Virus record (IMG/VR): IMGVR_UViG_3300016464_000107
Location: 1-38,644 of that record
DNA: 38,644 nt
Strand: one strand, 5' to 3'
Source: a virus
Lineage: Duplodnaviria; Caudoviricetes
In this document: positions 35,096 through 38,644 of the stretch, piece after piece
How positions within the stretch are numbered: the stretch's first letter is position 1
Layout: each line of letters starts with the position of its first letter
Position numbers and translations under genes: made by a program
Notes under the pieces: model-generated
Database searches by the model: none
What the model was told of the DNA's origin: nothing
What the model saw: only the letters and a program-made list of their open reading frames with translations

Positions 35096-35350
35096 TTAGA
35101 TGTGAACAGCAATTTTCTCTTGGACAAGGCAACGATGCTTGTCACGGTGGACACGAACAACATTGATGTGTGACACTTTCACAATTTCCCCATGGGGCTT
35201 TCGGACAACAACCTTGAGCAAACCATTGTGAATGATTTGTCCATTGTGGCGCTTACCAAAATTGTCATACACCGTCAAAAACCTATTGCCATGGTGGGCA
35301 ACAAATTTACGGGCAACAAAAAACTCTTGAATGCGTGAGAAAAATTTCAT
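35096..35350 (-). CDS. Basic hypothetical early protein
   Basis: 84 aa, beta-rich and basic; AGGA RBS. Confidence 0.7.
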   Translation of the reverse strand: MKFFSRIQEFFVARKFVAHHGNRFLTVYDNFGKRHNGQIIHNGLLKVVVRKPHGEIVKVSHINVVRVHRDKHRCLVQEKIAVHI

Positions 35351-35373
35351 GGGAATTTCCTATGTGACGATGC

Positions 35374-35428
35374 GAAAGCGCATCCCAATGGAGCCTGACC
35401 AGCGTCAAGCCCCATTCGGGGCACTCTC
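35374..35428 (-). other. Long intergenic RNA hairpin (RNase III-like site)
   Basis: GAGAGTGC-CCC-G-AATGGGGCTTGAC-gctg-GTCAGGCTCCATT-GGG-AT-GCGCTTTC; about 24 bp, with G-U pairs on the coding strand. Confidence 0.65.
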
Positions 35429-35977
35429 TCACTCTTTTGTCCCAATGGCGCTCATCGCTTGGAGCAATAGGTCACTGGCTTTGGCGTATCCCTTGCCATG
35501 CGTCCATTGCATGATACCCTCAAGGATATCGATTACGTCACCCGGGTTTGTCTTTTCGTCAAGGGTGAGGGTTTCGTTCACCTCATTGGTTTCATCGCTC
35601 TCGGTTTTCTCGGTCTTGATCTTTTCGACCTTGCCCTCATCGTTGACCGTGGCCTTACCGTTGTTCAGTGCCCGTAGATCCTTGACCAGTGCCTGAACCG
35701 ATTGATAGTTGGGCATGATGTTGAACAGCTGGGTGCGCTTCTCGTGGTCTATCGCTTGGTCTAGCACTGTCTTGAATTCCGATTTCCTGACCTTGGCGGT
35801 ATTGGCGTTGAATGCTTGTTTGGCCTGTTCGCCGTATCCCTCAAGGCATTCGGTGAATTCGGCCACTTGATCGACTGTGTATTCACTGACAATGGCCTGA
35901 AGCTGCTTCATCAGTTTGCCATCGGCGTTTGCTTGGGTCTGTGCGAATTGTGCACCTATTGCCCGTGGTGTTTTCAT
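35429..35977 (-). CDS. First early gene, helical hypothetical protein
   Basis: 182 aa, AAAGGGG RBS, adjacent to the large non-coding region. Confidence 0.8.
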   Translation of the reverse strand: MKTPRAIGAQFAQTQANADGKLMKQLQAIVSEYTVDQVAEFTECLEGYGEQAKQAFNANTAKVRKSEFKTVLDQAIDHEKRTQLFNIMPNYQSVQALVKDLRALNNGKATVNDEGKVEKIKTEKTESDETNEVNETLTLDEKTNPGDVIDILEGIMQWTHGKGYAKASDLLLQAMSAIGTKE

Positions 35978-36088
35978 GGTGTTCCCCTTTGGTTACTAGC
36001 CAGTAACTGACTGACTACAGTTTGTCGACACTTTCGACATGGAGAGATATTAACACACTTTGCCCCTTGCCTTGGAATATTTTCTAGG

Positions 36089-36304
36089 TGTTTTCCCTTA
36101 GAACCTCTGTTTTCAAGACATGGCATGTATGTATACTTTTGTTTCCAGAACCGTATCCCATATTGTGGTATGAGTACCTTTGTTTTCAGGATGGTGTACA
36201 GTGTAATGCTTGGGTTTGCAGAAGGGCTTAGAGGGTACTACCTAAGTATTCACATTCAGGCATGTAACACTTCTGTTTCCAATTGAGTCCTCTTCTGTAA
36301 CCCA
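36089..36304 (+). repeat. Dispersed TGTTTYCA-type repeats
   Basis: Copies at 36108, 36140, 36181 and 36274; degenerate copies at 36089, 36213 and 36296. Confidence 0.65.
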
Positions 36305-36554
36305 AAAGTTTACACCCCCGGGGGAGGGGAACACTTTAGTCAACATATAGCGGAACCCTCCCAGATACAAAAAAGAGGGAATTTAGCCCCTTGTTAATTA
36401 AAGAAAAGTAAAGCTATGTAAAAGAATGTAAAGTATTGAAAATAAAAGGAAAAGAGGAATCTGCACTGGATTGCATAAAAGGAGACTTGTATGCACTATA
36501 GTGCATGTGATGGACAACAAAGTTGCCTTGACTGGATGGCTCAACAAATAACAC

Positions 36555-36583
36555 TTGACAAATGCATAAAAGTATGCTATAAT
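36555..36583 (+). promoter_or_regulatory. sigma70 promoter for the packaging operon
   Basis: TTGACA (36555-36560), 17 bp, TATAAT (36578-36583), extended -10 TG. Confidence 0.88.
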
Positions 36584-36695
36584 GTAGACATATAAGTAAC
36601 ATATTAAAAAATAATTATTATAATATATTACTTAGTATGTTACTAGTTAGTAACTTTAAGAGCAGAGCTTTGTCTGCCAACCTTAAGGACTGAAC

Positions 36696-37067
36696 ATGAC
36701 TGATGTTGTTGTTGTTGAAAAAAAGAAGAGAGGCAGACCACGTAAGGCTGATGTTGTTGCCAAGAAGAACAAGGGGGCTGTTGGACGGCCCAAGGGCGAG
36801 ACAGCCATCATCAACGAATACAGGGCCAGGATGCTGGCTAGTCCCAGGAGCGAGAAGGTGTTGGATGCCATCTACAATGCTGCCCTGGATGACGAACACA
36901 AGAATCAGGCAGCGGCTTGGAAGCTCATTATGGACAGGATGTTGCCCTTGAGCTATTTCGACAAGGACAAGGCTGGAGGTGGTAGGGCTGCTGTGTCCAT
37001 CACCATCACAGGGGTTGACGGAACTAACACGCTCATTGAGGGCGAAGAGGATATTATAGATGTCTGA
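36696..37067 (+). CDS. terS: Terminase small subunit (putative)
   Basis: First late gene with TAAGGA RBS; AT-hook-like RGRPRK and GRPKG, helical core AAWKLIMDR, C-terminal ITITG strand. Confidence 0.72.
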   Translation: MTDVVVVEKKKRGRPRKADVVAKKNKGAVGRPKGETAIINEYRARMLASPRSEKVLDAIYNAALDDEHKNQAAAWKLIMDRMLPLSYFDKDKAGGGRAAVSITITGVDGTNTLIEGEEDIIDV

Positions 37068-37776
37068 TTTTGTCAATGTTAGGGGAACTTATTATCCTCC
37101 TGGTACTGCTCCGCAGAGTCACATTGATTTTGTGTTAGGGTATCAGAAAGCCAATCCTAAGCTGGCTGGACAAGATTGGCAAAGCTCTTGGTGGGGACAG
37201 CCTGATGTTCAAGCTATTCCTTCTGCCAATGTGCTATGGGGACGTAGGCCAGATGTAATGGGAAAATATGGTCGTAAAGATAGGATGGAAACTCTTGGCT
37301 ATCCTTTCGATACAAGAACTATGGGTAATTTGTTAAGCGCTTATAGAGACGCTAAAGAAATTAATCCATCGATGCCAGACATTTCTCCTGAGCAGTTTAC
37401 TCGTTTGGCTCTGGAAGAAGGTCGTAGTAATTTCGGCTACAATCAATGGGACACGAATAATAAACAACAACAAGCATTAGTTAAGAAGCTAGAAGATATG
37501 GGGTATGATCGTTATTCTGCTGGCTTTGCTGCTGCTGTGTTGGACAGAGGAAACACCTCTAAGCGATTGAATAGAGATTTCTTTGAACTGTGGAATGGAA
37601 CTGGTCCTGCTGCTCGTAATTACAATACTCGCATTAAACAGGGTATGTATTCTGTTGAGCATCCTGACAATCAGAAGCTTAAAGAATTTATCAGAACAAA
37701 GATTGCGCCAAAGAGTAGGGCTGAATTAGATGAGTCATGGATGGATAACCCATTGATGGGAGATAGTTATGCCTAA
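37060..37776 (+). CDS. Putative lysozyme / lytic transglycosylase-fold protein
   Basis: Helix ending in a candidate catalytic Glu (LALEEGRSNFG) and a later WNGTG...Y segment resembling SLT motif III; identified by eye only. Confidence 0.45.
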   Translation: MSDFVNVRGTYYPPGTAPQSHIDFVLGYQKANPKLAGQDWQSSWWGQPDVQAIPSANVLWGRRPDVMGKYGRKDRMETLGYPFDTRTMGNLLSAYRDAKEINPSMPDISPEQFTRLALEEGRSNFGYNQWDTNNKQQQALVKKLEDMGYDRYSAGFAAAVLDRGNTSKRLNRDFFELWNGTGPAARNYNTRIKQGMYSVEHPDNQKLKEFIRTKIAPKSRAELDESWMDNPLMGDSYA

Positions 37777-38491
37777 AGGAATGTTTGATCCTTTGACTAT
37801 GGAAGCTTTACTAAGTGAAGGAATTAATCCACGTAATACTTCTATTGTAAAAAAAGAACAGCCTTATACAATGTTAGGTGTTCCTAATTCAAATATTAGA
37901 ACTGTACCTGAATTAGAAGGGACCAATACTGCTGGATTTGTTGTTAGTAGTAGTGCGTTAAAAAACGAAAATCAAAATAGATTTGCTGATCCTATTCTAT
38001 TTATTAAACCAGGAGCAGGTTCTTCAACTGTAGGGCACGAAGCAGAACATTTATTGGCTAGACAGAATGGTGGTTTTGTTCAAATGCCTAGAGAATTTTT
38101 TAACAAGATGTTAGAGGAATATGCTCCTCTATCTTCTTCTACAAAAAAGCAAGAATTTTTAGATGGCCTTATTACATCTCTTCCATACCTACAAGAAAAA
38201 TATGGAATTAGCAATGGATACATGACTCCTAAGTTTATTAAAAAACAAGGAGATGTTGGCTTATACGAAATCTTTGCTACATTAGCTAGTGCTGAAAGTA
38301 CTCAAAACGTAGACCTTACTAAGGACCCAGAACTGCGTAAAACTTTATTTAAAGACCCTGTAGTACGTCAAGCATACAATGCTGTAACAGGCCTACGTCA
38401 AACTCGTATGGATTCTAAAGATATACCTCCTTACACTTATGTTCCTGAACCCAATTGGTGGGAAAATGTTTTTAAGAATCCATTTAGATGA
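37769..38491 (+). CDS. Putative HExxH (zincin-like) metallopeptidase
   Basis: ILFI...TVGHEAEHLL, with a downstream YEIFA Glu as candidate third ligand; AT-rich; ATGA-coupled to terL. Confidence 0.55.
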   Translation: MPKGMFDPLTMEALLSEGINPRNTSIVKKEQPYTMLGVPNSNIRTVPELEGTNTAGFVVSSSALKNENQNRFADPILFIKPGAGSSTVGHEAEHLLARQNGGFVQMPREFFNKMLEEYAPLSSSTKKQEFLDGLITSLPYLQEKYGISNGYMTPKFIKKQGDVGLYEIFATLASAESTQNVDLTKDPELRKTLFKDPVVRQAYNAVTGLRQTRMDSKDIPPYTYVPEPNWWENVFKNPFR

Positions 38492-38644
38492 CTAATTTAA
38501 ACATTTCTCTTCTCCCATGGCAGCAGAAAGTTTGGGAAGACAAGGCCAGGTTTAAGGTTGTTGCTGCTGGACGAAGGACAGGCAAGAGCCGTTTAGCTGC
38601 CTACCTGCTCATTGTCAATGCGCTACAGGCCAACAAGGGACATG
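38488..38644 (+). CDS. terL: Terminase large subunit, 5' part (continues at position 23 after the overlap)
   Basis: MTNLNISLLPWQQKV...RFKVVAAGRRTGKS: Q-motif plus Walker A, in frame with 1..1113. Confidence 0.95.
   Translation, partial: MTNLNISLLPWQQKVWEDKARFKVVAAGRRTGKSRLAAYLLIVNALQANKGH

Larger units (their letters stand above)
35978..36695. other. Divergent non-coding control region; probable physical genome ends
   Basis: About 720 bp without a credible CDS, between the divergent early arm and terS; contains short repeats, a CCCCCGGGGG palindrome (36315-36324) and a promoter. Confidence 0.6.

Noticed and set aside
34336-35350. Possible restriction-site avoidance in the early region
   Set aside because: Impression only (few GATC); it cannot be supported without k-mer counts.
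36089-36304. Mini-CRISPR array interpretation of the spaced repeats
   Set aside because: Repeats are only about 8 bp, degenerate and unevenly spaced; no cas genes.
36414-36602. 62-aa minus-strand ORF in the control region
   Set aside because: It overlaps the consensus late promoter and an AT-rich tract, has no RBS, and is likely spurious.

Overview
This window is an apparently complete, circularly assembled genome (38,622 bp unique, plus a 22-bp assembly overlap at 1-22 = 38623-38644) of a lytic, short-tailed dsDNA phage. It has two arms. The + strand (about 36.7 kb, through the window origin, to 21.07 kb) carries terS, two inserted putative enzymes, terL (split by the window end), portal, scaffold, major capsid, two tail-fibre modules, a lysis cassette, tail adaptor/nozzle, a GNAT protein and four internal (ejection) proteins. 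The - strand (36.0 kb to 21.09 kb) carries small early genes, a T7-like primase-helicase, family A DNA polymerase, tRNA-Trp, SSB, 5'-3' exonuclease, HNH nuclease, ThyX, a metallophosphoesterase and a class II (B12-dependent) ribonucleotide reductase. The arms converge on a bidirectional terminator at 21068-21089. I recognise no RNA polymerase, integrase or repressor; transcription appears to use perfect sigma70 consensus promoters. The layout resembles SIO1/cobavirus-like (Zobellviridae-type) podoviruses (inference). The most unusual elements are: a tRNA-shaped RNA directly behind tRNA-Trp whose anticodon loop is reduced to 4 nt; a lysozyme-like plus HExxH gene pair wedged between terS and terL, sharing a C-terminal motif; helically phased repeats in the probable genome-end region; a lysis-region gene that seems to need a non-AUG start; and a relic fragment of a head gene marking a tail-module swap. 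All functional calls come from motif recognition by eye; no searches were run.
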